Shown piece by piece: positions 27,973-37,726 of a DNA stretch of 64,000 nt (positions are counted from its first letter, which is position 1; every line of letters begins with the position of its first letter). Made by a program: the position numbers and the translations under genes. The stretch spans positions 993 through 64,992 of the forward strand of contig JAKAAW010000002.1 of NCBI GenBank assembly GCA_021802105.1. Direction: 5' to 3'. Below the pieces are notes generated by a model. It did not search any database, was not told the origin of the DNA, and saw nothing but the letters and a program-made list of their open reading frames with translations. The DNA comes from Nanobdellota archaeon (GTDB lineage: Archaea > Nanobdellota > Nanobdellia > Parvarchaeales > Parvarchaeaceae).

Positions 27973-29374
27973 ATACGCAGTAGTGGGACACGGAGCTGCT
28001 GCCTTTGCTGCTGCATTGAAAGCGGATGATGCAGGGATAAAAACAGTGATGATAGGAAAAAATGAAACCGCCGGAGCAATTCTCGGTGGAACCTGCGTAA
28101 ACGTGGGATGCGTTCCTAGTAAAAGACTTATAACATTAGGAAATTTATTAGACAAAATAAATTACAGGAGATTTGATGGTTTATCCTACCTTACAAGGAT
28201 AGAAAATTTTAGCAAGATAATGCAAGATAAAGAATTTCTTGTTGAAAGTATGCGTTTCTCAAAATATAAGAAGGTACTTGGTAAATTAAAAAACGTGAAG
28301 TATGTGAACGGCTTTGCAAGCTTTAAAGATAAGAACATATTAATGGTAAACGGGCAAGAGATAAGAGCAAAGAAAATACTGATTGCAACTGGTGCGAGAG
28401 CAAAAATACCTAGAATAGACGGAATAGAAAAGATAAGATACTTGACAAATGAAGAGGCACTTTCACTGGAAAAACTTCCAAAGTCAATTATAATAGTAGG
28501 CGGAAGGGCATTGGGCCTTGAATTTGCGGAGTTGTTCGCTCATTTAGGAGTACAGGTTACTTTGTTGCAGAGAAGCGATAGAATACTGCCTGACTGGGAG
28601 CCTGAAGTTAGTTATTATCTTGAGCAGTACCTGAAGGAGGATGGGATAAATATAATAACTAATGTTAAAATAGATGAGGTTTCAAAGATTAAAGGGCTTA
28701 TAAACTTAACATTTTCCGTAAAAGGAATCAAAAGGGAATCAAAGGCAGAAGAGATTCTGCTGGCAACTGGCAGAATGCCGAACATAGAGAAATTGAATTT
28801 AAACAACATTGGAATAAAACTCGACAAGGATGGCTTTATAAAAATAAACAAGTACCTGGAAACTTCTGTCGAGGGGATTTATGCTGCTGGAGATGTAACA
28901 GGAGAGCCCATGCTTGAGGCATTGGCAGCCGCGGAGGGGAATAAAGCAACCATAAATGCATTCGGCGGCAAAAAAGTAGCAATTGACCTAAATTCTGTAC
29001 CTTCTGCTGTTTTCACATTTCCGGAAGCTGCGAGGGTTGGATTGACTGATAAAGAAGCGAACAACAATGGAATAAAGTGTGCCTGTCGGCCGGTGATGTT
29101 TAAAGATCTAGCCAAGGCAGGTATAATAAAAGATACTAGAGGATTGATAAAGATGGTAATAAACGCTAAGACTAAACGTATATTAGGCGTAGAAATAGTC
29201 GGAGAAAATGCAGCCGATCTAATACACGAATCTGTACTAGCTATAAAATTCAAGCTTACAATAGACGACATAATTGATACTGTTCATATATTTCCAACTT
29301 TAAGCGAGATAACGAAACTTGGAGCTCTATCATTTTATCATAACATAGATGACTTAAGCTGCTGCAGTGAATAG
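27959..29374 (+). CDS. merA: Mercuric reductase (no N-terminal HMA domain)
   Basis: GGTCVNVGCVPSK, YAAGD, HIFPTLSE and C-terminal SCC pair. Confidence 0.9.
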   Translation: MEEYEYAVVGHGAAAFAAALKADDAGIKTVMIGKNETAGAILGGTCVNVGCVPSKRLITLGNLLDKINYRRFDGLSYLTRIENFSKIMQDKEFLVESMRFSKYKKVLGKLKNVKYVNGFASFKDKNILMVNGQEIRAKKILIATGARAKIPRIDGIEKIRYLTNEEALSLEKLPKSIIIVGGRALGLEFAELFAHLGVQVTLLQRSDRILPDWEPEVSYYLEQYLKEDGINIITNVKIDEVSKIKGLINLTFSVKGIKRESKAEEILLATGRMPNIEKLNLNNIGIKLDKDGFIKINKYLETSVEGIYAAGDVTGEPMLEALAAAEGNKATINAFGGKKVAIDLNSVPSAVFTFPEAARVGLTDKEANNNGIKCACRPVMFKDLAKAGIIKDTRGLIKMVINAKTKRILGVEIVGENAADLIHESVLAIKFKLTIDDIIDTVHIFPTLSEITKLGALSFYHNIDDLSCCSE

Positions 29375-29761
29375 ACAAGAATTTAAGTTTATTTTAAGAT
29401 CATACGACGATGTCAGTCACTTGTGTAGTTTTCTATTTGATTAGATAGATAACATATAGGTAAAGATTAATTGAAATAGACAAAAAATCGGAAAAAATAG
29501 CTGTTTTGCACGGGTTATCTATGATTTTGATTCTTTATCCCCGATTATGACTCCTACTATAAGCAGTATAGCACTAAGAACCACCTCGAAGACTATAAGT
29601 TTCGGAAGGGAGATGTCCCTTGATTTAAAGTAAGCCAGAGCGCTTGTCACTCAGGCTATTACCAATCCGATGCCGACACCCAAAAAGTATCTCGCTGGAA
29701 GGGTATAGAAAGTAAGCCGAGTACCGTCCACGCTTATAATACACAGGTACCTTACACAAGT

Positions 29762-29998
29762 ATGACAGACGAAAGACAGCAGGAGGACAATTCCGCTAGA
29801 AAGAGCTCTACAAAAAAGAAGGTAGTCGTCATGACGATAACGGCGCTGTACTTCGTATTCGGGTTTTTCGCGCTTGTTATCTTGTTGGGGAGGGTCATCA
29901 ACCCGAACTACGCGGGACTCATAGGTTTAGTGTACCTAGCGCTAGGTTGGTATTTCTTGGTGAAGAGGCGCACGCTTATACACTTGATGAAACACTGA
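29762..29998 (+). CDS. Small two-TM membrane protein
   Basis: 78 aa with two hydrophobic segments; TATA-like TTATAA upstream. Confidence 0.5.
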   Translation: MTDERQQEDNSARKSSTKKKVVVMTITALYFVFGFFALVILLGRVINPNYAGLIGLVYLALGWYFLVKRRTLIHLMKH

Positions 29999-30355
29999 AC
30001 AACTTGTGTATGTTTTTTACCGAAGCCGAAGTTATATTTATATATAACATCAGTGTCCTTAGCGAGTTCAACGTTTGTTTCATTTAATTCGGCACTGTGC
30101 TCCAGAAATCCCATGTTAGCAGTTGTGCAATACTAAGCTGTTATTTCATTTTTAATTGCCTACATAAATGCATTCATTATTGTTTCCTTGGCTTTATACC
30201 CTACACTTTATATTCTAATTGGGCTAAGATTACTGCAAGAGTCGTGTGTGTATCATGCCAAATTTATCTTATTTTCATTTGTTCTGCCCACTGATAATAG
30301 TCATTTCCTAAGAGAACACGGTGGTTATACCAATGTCGTGATTTCTTCTTTAATA

Positions 30356-30817
30356 TTACCAGAAAGCACTGAATTTGTCGTAACGACCGATTGCATGATA
30401 TATAGTGTTCATATCCTTCTTTAGAGCATTTAAACCGTTCTCATCTGGGCTATAAGCCACTTTTATTTTTTCTGCATAGTTGTTCTTATCTATCTCAGCT
30501 TTAACTCCATTGTCCAGCAAGTCTAGATATAACTTCGAGAATTCTGCGCTGGTCTTGTCTGTGGGATTGTTTATGGTAAGGAAAATACTCATAGGTCTGT
30601 CAACTATGCGTTTCTTTCCTCTTAGGTCATACTGGACGGTAAACTGTGCGAAACGCAACTCACTGTGAAAGATATGCATGTTGCATGGAAGCATTAGTAC
30701 CTGATTCACTCGGCCTGGATCTATGTTCGGGTATGCCTCATGGTACAGCATGAGTTTTCTTAGCTCTGCCTTGTTGACAGCATCCAACACATCTTCTAGA
30801 AGTATCTGTTTTGCCAT
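30356..30817 (-). CDS. Hypothetical protein
   Basis: Likely start MAKQ at 30817, downstream of a TATATATA element. Confidence 0.55.
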   Translation of the reverse strand: MAKQILLEDVLDAVNKAELRKLMLYHEAYPNIDPGRVNQVLMLPCNMHIFHSELRFAQFTVQYDLRGKKRIVDRPMSIFLTINNPTDKTSAEFSKLYLDLLDNGVKAEIDKNNYAEKIKVAYSPDENGLNALKKDMNTIYHAIGRYDKFSAFW

Positions 30818-30878
30818 ATAACTTATGATAGATTTATATATATAACCTTTAAACATCATCAATTAGATATAGGTAACC

Positions 30879-31313
30879 CTACTGGTTTACACCAGCAACC
30901 TTTATCTCGAAGTTGAGCGTCTTGCCTGCCAATGGGAAATTGAAGTCTATTGTGACGTCCTCTCCAGCTACCTCAGTTATTAGTCCCCTGTGCCCTTGAC
31001 TGGAATTAGCAGCCATCCCTACCTTGACTTCCTGACCATTAAACTGTTTCTTCTGAACTTTGGCTATCAGATCCTTCCTTGGCTGTCCATACGCGTCTTC
31101 AGGAGCGATGCTTACACTCTTTGTTTCTCCAATTTTCATACCTATTACAGCTTTATCAAAGCCCTTTATGACATGCCCAGAGCCAACCTCAAATTTCAAA
31201 GGCTCTTTTCCTTCGTTAGAATCGAAAACGGTCCCATCTTCAAGCGTACCTTTATAGAATACACTGACATTATCCCCTTTCTTTACAACACTGTTGTTTG
31301 TTTCCTCTGCCAT
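30879..31313 (-). CDS. FKBP-type peptidyl-prolyl isomerase (short SlyD-like)
   Basis: V.V.Y.GTLEDG.VFDS, VI.GFD.A..GM, PE.AYG, DFN.PLAGKTL.F; GAGGTGA SD before ATG 31313. Confidence 0.92.
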   Translation of the reverse strand: MAEETNNSVVKKGDNVSVFYKGTLEDGTVFDSNEGKEPLKFEVGSGHVIKGFDKAVIGMKIGETKSVSIAPEDAYGQPRKDLIAKVQKKQFNGQEVKVGMAANSSQGHRGLITEVAGEDVTIDFNFPLAGKTLNFEIKVAGVNQ

Positions 31314-31407
31314 CGCTCTCACCTCATAAAATTCCAATATATTATCAGGAACCACCCTTTAAAAAGAGAAGTTAAAACCCTTATTTTGATATTATCTATT
31401 TATCAGA

Positions 31408-33288
31408 TTAACTTGCAGTCACAACAGTTTCTGCATGTGCACCGATTTTTCCAAATAGATTTATACTATAAGAATCTCCTGAAATAAGCACGGCAAAAGG
31501 AGATGGTATCTTTACACCATTGTCACTTTGTACCTGCTGGGACGGTCCTAAATTCAATAAGCCACTGAGGGTAAACGTAATCGAATCTCCAGGCATAAGG
31601 GTATAACCTTTAGGTATCTGGTCCGGGTTTATCGTGACATTCGTATTGGTCGCGCCGTTGGCAATTGTATTCAATGCCGCGCCGTTCGCACTCGTCGAAT
31701 TAGAAACTACCTTTGTGCTCATCGCGTACATTGGTGGGAATCCAAGCGTACCGTTCGGGAATATCATGCGACCTATAGGGAACTTAGCTGCTCGTAAAGT
31801 TATCTGCAGCGGTGGAGTTACAGTCGGTGGTGCCATGCCGGCCGGGAATTGTATATAGAGCGTCGTTCCAACAGGAAGCGTTACCGCCGTGGCTCCAGAT
31901 GGTATAGTGACATTCAGGGCAGGCCCTTGCTGAGAACCATTTTGCTGGATAGTGTGTGTAAATTGCGGCATTGTAGTAGTTTTATAAACTATATCACCGC
32001 TGACATTGACAAGTGCTCCCGTTGAGTTTAATGATATTGCATGCGCTGGTGTGACTATTTTCAAGAAATAGAAAGTTCCATTTAATGTAATATTCAGAGA
32101 TACTGTACTATTTGTGCTGTTAATATAACCTGTACTATTTGACGTTTTTGTATTTGTACTGTTAATAGCACTTTTGTTAATATAACTTGTGCTAATAGAG
32201 GGTGTTATATTTGTACTGTTAATAGCACTTTTGTTAATATAACCTGTACTATTTGACGTTTTTGTATTTGTACTGTTAATCGGAGGTCGAGTCGGTATAG
32301 AAGGCAACGTAAACGTTGATGTTGTGTTCATTATCGTGCCATTGGGGAATGTTATCACCATCTTTGGAGGAGGTATAAAACCAGATGGGGTTAGCACGCC
32401 CGCTGGTGGAGTTATAGGGAGTTGCATGATCATGGATGGAAGACGGAAGAGCTCACTCATTGGAGGTTGTGGGAAATACACTTTTTTGAGCCCATTTATC
32501 ATTATACCGTTCAGCTGCACGCTATCATTCCCAGTGTTCTTTACGGTTACACTAAGATTGGTATAGTTACCGTCGATGGATATTGACGCAGAAGTAACAT
32601 TTATGGTAGGCGTTACATTGTTGAACAATTTACCTAAGCTTACATTGGAAGAAAAGTTCACCTTAGAACCTACTGGAGGAAGAGACTGTATTATTCCATG
32701 CTGCACACTAGAGGATCTGCTTAAAAATATGTTTGGTGGAGTTATGACAGCTCTCACATTAGCAGTCAAAACGTACACAGTCTTATCTACCGTTTCTATG
32801 GCTGTGACTGAAGGAATTAAGTCGACAAGCGCGTTTTTCTGCCCAGATATTGAATTGTTGGACGTTACATTTATCGTCAGTGTCCTTTCGCCTATCACGA
32901 CAGTATAGTTTTCGCCGCCTATCGTTATAATAGCATTGGATATATTAATTTTTATCTGCGTGACTTTAGAACCATTAAGAACGTTTGTTGATGCTAACAC
33001 TATCGATGAATTTTGCAGGCTTAGCACGTTTACGGTACCACTTCCTGGAAGTGTCTGCGTGCTTACGCCGCCACTATGCGAAATCTGGAGTTGCAGAGCA
33101 GAATATGTCACGAACAGCGCCGTGGTCCCTTGTGGCACTGTTGCAGGATCAGTAAGACTAAGGAAGAAATTTTTCTGTAAAGGAACTGAACTGGTCGTTG
33201 GGAACAAATTGTTAAAGATCATATACCCTGCGACAATAGCTATTACCGCCACAACGGTGACCATCATTAAGTAGGTTTTCGCACCCAT
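31408..33288 (-). CDS. Membrane-anchored surface protein, DUF4382-like N-terminal domain, Pro/Thr/Asn-rich
   Basis: N-terminal TM helix, LTDP..VP.GT.AL.V.YS; many sequons; internal repeats. Confidence 0.65.
   Translation of the reverse strand: MGAKTYLMMVTVVAVIAIVAGYMIFNNLFPTTSSVPLQKNFFLSLTDPATVPQGTTALFVTYSALQLQISHSGGVSTQTLPGSGTVNVLSLQNSSIVLASTNVLNGSKVTQIKINISNAIITIGGENYTVVIGERTLTINVTSNNSISGQKNALVDLIPSVTAIETVDKTVYVLTANVRAVITPPNIFLSRSSSVQHGIIQSLPPVGSKVNFSSNVSLGKLFNNVTPTINVTSASISIDGNYTNLSVTVKNTGNDSVQLNGIMINGLKKVYFPQPPMSELFRLPSMIMQLPITPPAGVLTPSGFIPPPKMVITFPNGTIMNTTSTFTLPSIPTRPPINSTNTKTSNSTGYINKSAINSTNITPSISTSYINKSAINSTNTKTSNSTGYINSTNSTVSLNITLNGTFYFLKIVTPAHAISLNSTGALVNVSGDIVYKTTTMPQFTHTIQQNGSQQGPALNVTIPSGATAVTLPVGTTLYIQFPAGMAPPTVTPPLQITLRAAKFPIGRMIFPNGTLGFPPMYAMSTKVVSNSTSANGAALNTIANGATNTNVTINPDQIPKGYTLMPGDSITFTLSGLLNLGPSQQVQSDNGVKIPSPFAVLISGDSYSINLFGKIGAHAETVVTAS
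32110..32280 (-). repeat. 3 x 57-bp in-frame tandem repeat (19 aa)
   Basis: INSTNTKTSNSTGYINKSA / INSTNITPSISTSYINKSA / INSTNTKTSNSTGYINSTN. Confidence 0.9.
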
Positions 33289-33451
33289 AATGTTATTGTA
33301 ACAATGCACTAATTTAAATACCTATCTGCAATAAACTCATGTTTACTGCACGATTCTTCAAGAACCGTTCAAGACGCTTATTCCTGGCTGTAGAATGCCC
33401 ACTGTTCATCTTTGCTTCCATTTTTTATTGATTATCCGTACTAAATGTAAT

Positions 33452-34012
33452 TCAGTAAGATGAGAAGGATATCTTTATCTTCTCCATTTTCCTGTAGAAA
33501 TCCCCCTCTTCAACCTCCTCTTTCGGCTTGTATATAAGGTGTTCAAAGCCGGTCCAGATACTGAACCAGCTTGCCGGCGTTAGGACTATGCCTATGACGT
33601 CTGTCAGCAGAGAACCGATATCAAAAGTAGTAGGTGCTGACAGGGCGATGGCTTCTACAAGACCAATGGCTATTCCTATAATTATGAGCAGTATCGCTTG
33701 ATTTTTGTATGCTATCAGGGCGTCACGCACGTTTATATAGTGCTTTCTGAAATGTCTTCTGAGCCTGTTCTTTATCACAGTTTCCTGAGCAATATTCCTT
33801 GTGTCCTTAGGGATCAGGAAACGAAGCTCAAGGTTCTCATCTTTGTCTCGCGCAGCGCGTTTCGCTTCCGCTAAGAAATCTTCTGAAAGGGCACGTTCGT
33901 TATATGGTCTCGGATCAAAGTCTGAGAATATGTCATCATAGGTGTCTAGGATAATACTTATCTCAGTCTCATTTATAATACCCTTAATGGCTTCCTGTAT
34001 CTCTTCTACCAT
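33452..34012 (-). CDS. Hypothetical two-TM membrane protein
   Basis: LDTYDDIFSDFDPRPY..R.LS.DF..E N-terminal motif plus two TM helices. Confidence 0.7.
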   Translation of the reverse strand: MVEEIQEAIKGIINETEISIILDTYDDIFSDFDPRPYNERALSEDFLAEAKRAARDKDENLELRFLIPKDTRNIAQETVIKNRLRRHFRKHYINVRDALIAYKNQAILLIIIGIAIGLVEAIALSAPTTFDIGSLLTDVIGIVLTPASWFSIWTGFEHLIYKPKEEVEEGDFYRKMEKIKISFSSY

Positions 34013-34075
34013 ACTATTAGTATCAATGGGTAATTTAAACCGTTAATATTGATATTCCTGTCTTAAAATTTCTTT

Positions 34076-34433
34076 TTAGTTATACCGGTTTATTATTTTA
34101 TCTATAGCCTTATCAAAGTCTTTGGTAGTGTACGTGCGTTTGCCAGTTGATGACAATAACTTTTTGATTTTGTCATTGTCGTAATTATATCTGCAGATCC
34201 GCTCCTAATGCACTTCAGAATAGTCATTAGATAATTGTTTCTCAAGTTCCTGCTCCAACTCCTCACTTAAATTGTTATGATGCGGATACCCGGACAGTTT
34301 GTGCGTTAGTTCATGAAGACATTTTTATCCACTTCTAAAAGAGTCCTGTTCAAAAGCTCTGTATCAACACATTCATCGAATTTTTCTCTCGCGTTGATTC
34401 TTCTGCCGCTCTCAACGAATCTGAGCAGTTCTA
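34076..34433 (-). pseudogene. Disrupted gene fragment next to an IS200/IS605 left end
   Basis: Protein-like sequence across two frames, in-frame TAG at 34205-34207, no own start. Confidence 0.45.
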
Positions 34434-34480
34434 CGCTTTCATCCCATGATTTAAACCGTGGGTTTTCCCGCTCACACTTT
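34434..34480 (-). mobile_element. Solo IS200/IS605-type left end
   Basis: Minus strand TTTAT|aaagtGTGAGCGGGAAAAcccacggtttaaatcatgggATGAAAGCG; aligns without gaps to ~35211-35254. Confidence 0.65.
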
Positions 34481-34540
34481 ATAAATACTTTGTCAGCAGA
34501 CCACGCTGATTGCAATAAGTTCTGCTAACTCAAACAGTAG

Positions 34541-35017
34541 TCATCGTCTTTTTAATCTGGTTCCGTTTCTCACATAGAAAAACAGGATCAGGTATAGGAT
34601 TATGGACAAAACAAGGTCCACCATCAGTTCTACGTAGAAAGTGGTGGCGCTGAAACCAGACTCAAAAAAATTAACGCTGTCTATAGTTGCTCCGATTATC
34701 ATCATAAGCGACAGTCCCGAGAATGTAATGTTCCATAACCCCCTGCGTACAGATACCGCAAAAATGGCAGCCGCTACTGCTATAATAGCCAATCCAAGAA
34801 CTATGTGGGCTTGTTCAAGCGGGGAATTATCCAGGAATATCGCAGTTACAACTCCTATTGAGAATATCCTTGTGGGAGATACGGATGGTAAACCCGTGAT
34901 AAATTTCATGACGAGGTTAAGCGCGATCTGCGACGCAGAGGCTGCTATAGCTGCGGCTATCATGACACTGTATATGGTATCTCTCTTATAGGACTTCCTT
35001 ACGTTTTTCTTAGCCAT
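34541..35017 (-). CDS. Four-TM membrane protein
   Basis: 158 aa with about 4 hydrophobic helices. Confidence 0.6.
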   Translation of the reverse strand: MAKKNVRKSYKRDTIYSVMIAAAIAASASQIALNLVMKFITGLPSVSPTRIFSIGVVTAIFLDNSPLEQAHIVLGLAIIAVAAAIFAVSVRRGLWNITFSGLSLMMIIGATIDSVNFFESGFSATTFYVELMVDLVLSIILYLILFFYVRNGTRLKRR

Positions 35018-35028
35018 TGACTAACTCT

Positions 35029-35172
35029 GTGACATACTCCCACAACGAATTCGATGGGCTTCTTTTCGCACGACCGCCTCTGAAGAGACCTTTCAGCCTG
35101 CCGTAAATCGGCGATAGATCAAATCGCGAGAACTGCCTTTAAATGCACTCTCTACCAAAGAGTTTCCCGTCA
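35029..35172 (-). ncRNA. Putative TnpB omegaRNA/reRNA scaffold
   Basis: Downstream of TATATAA (35194-35200); contains GCCGATTTACGGC and GTCG...AAGAAGCCCA-hairpin-TGGGAGTATGTCAC, typical of IS605-type right ends. Confidence 0.5.
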
Positions 35173-35255
35173 AAGTTTTTGCTCTTTCCACACTTATATA
35201 TCTTTATTTTTGCTTTCATCTCAAGATTAAAATCGTTGACTTTCGCGCGCACATC
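35029..35255 (-). mobile_element. Non-autonomous IS200/IS605 element with both ends and no ORF
   Basis: Left-end hairpin, internal TATA box, right-end hairpin ending GGGAGTATGTCAC. Confidence 0.7.
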
Positions 35256-35295
35256 CTAAAGAAATTGTAATATCTAACCACTCGCAATCTATTCT

Positions 35296-36444
35296 TCAGT
35301 CTCTAAACGCAGTTTTGAAATCTGACACTGCTTTTGAATCGGAGGCTTTCCAATCCATAAATCTCCTGCACTCCACATCTGGTGCAGTCTTGTACTTTGA
35401 GAAGTCCCTCTTTTGATTCAAACCTATCTCAGTTCCGTAATACACTATCGAATTGCTTGTCCTGGAAATAGAAGTCACGGCTTTTCCAGCTCTCTCACGG
35501 TCGCCCCCTGTTATCCAGCTTATCCTCTGCATATCATGGTTGTCTGCGAAAATGAAATCCTTTTCGAAAGTAGGTTTATACACTTCTCCTGAACGGGCAG
35601 CCTTTCTCAGGTAGAAATTCTCCACGAAATTTATAGAAGTGCTGAACATGTTCTTCATCGCAGAAAGCGCAAGTTTTTCCCCCTCAGGTTCACTTATCTG
35701 ATCCCATTGTTTGTCCCTGTTCTTCTCCAAGACAGGTCGCAGCATGTCTAGGGTCTTATCATCAAGGGCCCAAAGGGTGTTCATGTACTGAGGAGCTATG
35801 CCTGCGGTCCATAGCTCGGGCAGCAGCAGGAAATCTTCCCTCGCACTGCGGCACTCTTTTGTGAACTGATTCCAGAAGGTCATTGATGGCCCTATCGCGT
35901 GGTCAAGACGGTAACCGTCTATGTCAAAGTTCTTTATCCAGTAAAGTGCGGCTTCTATAAGATAATTTATAACGTCTTGGTTCATAGTGTTTAGCTTTAC
36001 CAAGTTTCTCATCCCAAGAAAATGCATGTAGTCCTTGGTTTTTTCATCAAAGAAGAACCAGTCTTTGTACCTGCTCCTTGGATTTTTTCTTGCGGATGTG
36101 AAGAACCTGTGCCTGCTCGATACGTGATTTGGCACGAAATCAAGTATGACCTTGATTCCTAAAGAATGCGCTTTTTTAACAAGTGAGTATAAAATCTTAT
36201 CTGAACCGAAATGCCTGTCTATACTGTGGAGATTAAGAAGAGAGTATCCATGATAGCTGTCAGAAACGAAGATAGGAGTGAGCCAGATCGCATCGAAACC
36301 AAGGTCTTTTACATAATCAAGTTTCTTTATCACTCCATTTAGATTCCCCCCTATTCGAGCATTGGAGGTCTTTAATCTAAGCGCCGCGTCTTTCGCACTG
36401 CTGCCGGTTGAGAATCTGTCGACAAGGATTTCGTAAACTCTCAT
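35296..36444 (-). CDS. GH13 alpha-amylase/cyclomaltodextrinase-like glycosidase
   Basis: YEI.VDRF, GG.L.G...KLDY, LDFVPNH, GYRLD (nucleophile), E, NHD, YYG.EIG; start MRVY at 36444. Confidence 0.9.
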   Translation of the reverse strand: MRVYEILVDRFSTGSSAKDAALRLKTSNARIGGNLNGVIKKLDYVKDLGFDAIWLTPIFVSDSYHGYSLLNLHSIDRHFGSDKILYSLVKKAHSLGIKVILDFVPNHVSSRHRFFTSARKNPRSRYKDWFFFDEKTKDYMHFLGMRNLVKLNTMNQDVINYLIEAALYWIKNFDIDGYRLDHAIGPSMTFWNQFTKECRSAREDFLLLPELWTAGIAPQYMNTLWALDDKTLDMLRPVLEKNRDKQWDQISEPEGEKLALSAMKNMFSTSINFVENFYLRKAARSGEVYKPTFEKDFIFADNHDMQRISWITGGDRERAGKAVTSISRTSNSIVYYGTEIGLNQKRDFSKYKTAPDVECRRFMDWKASDSKAVSDFKTAFRD

Positions 36445-36502
36445 GCAATAATTATACGCTGTACCTAAATAAAGATAAATATGCTGAAAGCATAGAGAAT
36501 AA

Positions 36503-37585
36503 ATGGTCAAGGTTCTACTAAGGAACATCTACAAATCATTCAAACACAAGAAAAAGGTCGTTGACGTTCTCAGTGGAGTCGACTTGAAGATTCCTGACGG
36601 GAAATTTACAGTGATTCTCGCCCCTTCTGGGGAAGGGAAAAGTACTCTCTTAAGGATAATAGCCGGTCTTGAAGTGCAGGATAAGGGTGATGTCTTAATA
36701 GACGGAAGAAACGTCAACGATTTTCCGCCTAAGGACAGAGATCTTGCCATGGTTTTCCAGAATTACGCGGTGTATCCATTTCTGAGCGTCTACGACAACA
36801 TAGCTTTTCCCCTAAAAATAATGCACCTGCCGAAAGAGCAGATAAACAAAAAGGTAAGGGACATAGCAAAGATGCTGAGGATAGATCCTCTGCTCGACAG
36901 AAAACCTATGCAGCTGTCTGGTGGACAGAGACAAAGAGTGGCTATAGCTAGGTCGCTTGTAAAAGGCACAAAACTCCTTCTTATGGATGAACCTTTATCC
37001 AATCTTGACGCGCAGCTAAGGACTCTTGCAAGGGCAGAGCTGAAGCAGCTCCAGAAGAGACTCGGTATAACTATAGTTTACGTTACGCACGATCAGAGCG
37101 AAGCTATGGTTCTTGCGGATTACGTTGCGATACTTCACGCTGGTAAGATAGAGGATATAGACAATCCTCTGACCATCTATAAAAGACCAGTTGACACATG
37201 GGTGGCTGGTTTTATAGGGAATCCTCCAATGAACCTTATAGAGGGGAAACTGGAAAAAAAGCACTCTTTCGTTTTTGAGAAGCACAAGGTGATGATTCCC
37301 CCATCAGTCGCAAAAAGGCTAAAATCAAAAGGGAGCAGAGTTATATTTGGTATAAGACCTGAAGACGTAAAGCTAGGCTCCGGAAGCATAAAAGGGAGAG
37401 TGACACTTGTCGAGCCGTTAGGTTCGCAGACGCTCCTTCACGTAGCCGTTGGAGACGTAAAGATACAGATAATAGCGTTCCACACTCGCTTAATAGAATT
37501 AAACAAAGAGGTAAATATAGATCTCTCCAGCGAAAACGCTGTATTTTTCAATGATAAAACCGGTAGAACACTGATGGAAAAATAG
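36503..37585 (+). CDS. Sugar ABC transporter ATPase (MalK/MsmK-like)
   Basis: APSGEGKST, VFQNYA.YP, LSGGQRQRVA, LMDEPLSNLDA, TOBE tail. Confidence 0.92.
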   Translation: MVKVLLRNIYKSFKHKKKVVDVLSGVDLKIPDGKFTVILAPSGEGKSTLLRIIAGLEVQDKGDVLIDGRNVNDFPPKDRDLAMVFQNYAVYPFLSVYDNIAFPLKIMHLPKEQINKKVRDIAKMLRIDPLLDRKPMQLSGGQRQRVAIARSLVKGTKLLLMDEPLSNLDAQLRTLARAELKQLQKRLGITIVYVTHDQSEAMVLADYVAILHAGKIEDIDNPLTIYKRPVDTWVAGFIGNPPMNLIEGKLEKKHSFVFEKHKVMIPPSVAKRLKSKGSRVIFGIRPEDVKLGSGSIKGRVTLVEPLGSQTLLHVAVGDVKIQIIAFHTRLIELNKEVNIDLSSENAVFFNDKTGRTLMEK

Positions 37586-37726
37586 GGGGATCCTTAAACC
37601 GACATCCAAAGGCACAGTATTCTAATCTATTTATAACTCATAGAAGCAACACGTACATTGCGGCAGACTAATGCAATTGCAAGATAGTCTCCAATTCTGT
37701 CATAGTAATAAGCCATGAATAGCACG

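Noticed and set aside
29576..29619. Hairpin ending GGGAGATGTCCC, resembling an IS605 right end
   Set aside because: Terminal TCAC is absent and the stem differs from the other copies; too weak to call.
29998..30350. Short ORFs and a GGCACTGT IS6-like end at 30091
   Set aside because: No partner inverted repeat or recognisable protein; probably decayed sequence.
32110..32280. Repeat resembling a CRISPR array
   Set aside because: In-frame 57-bp coding repeat with no unique spacers and no cas genes.
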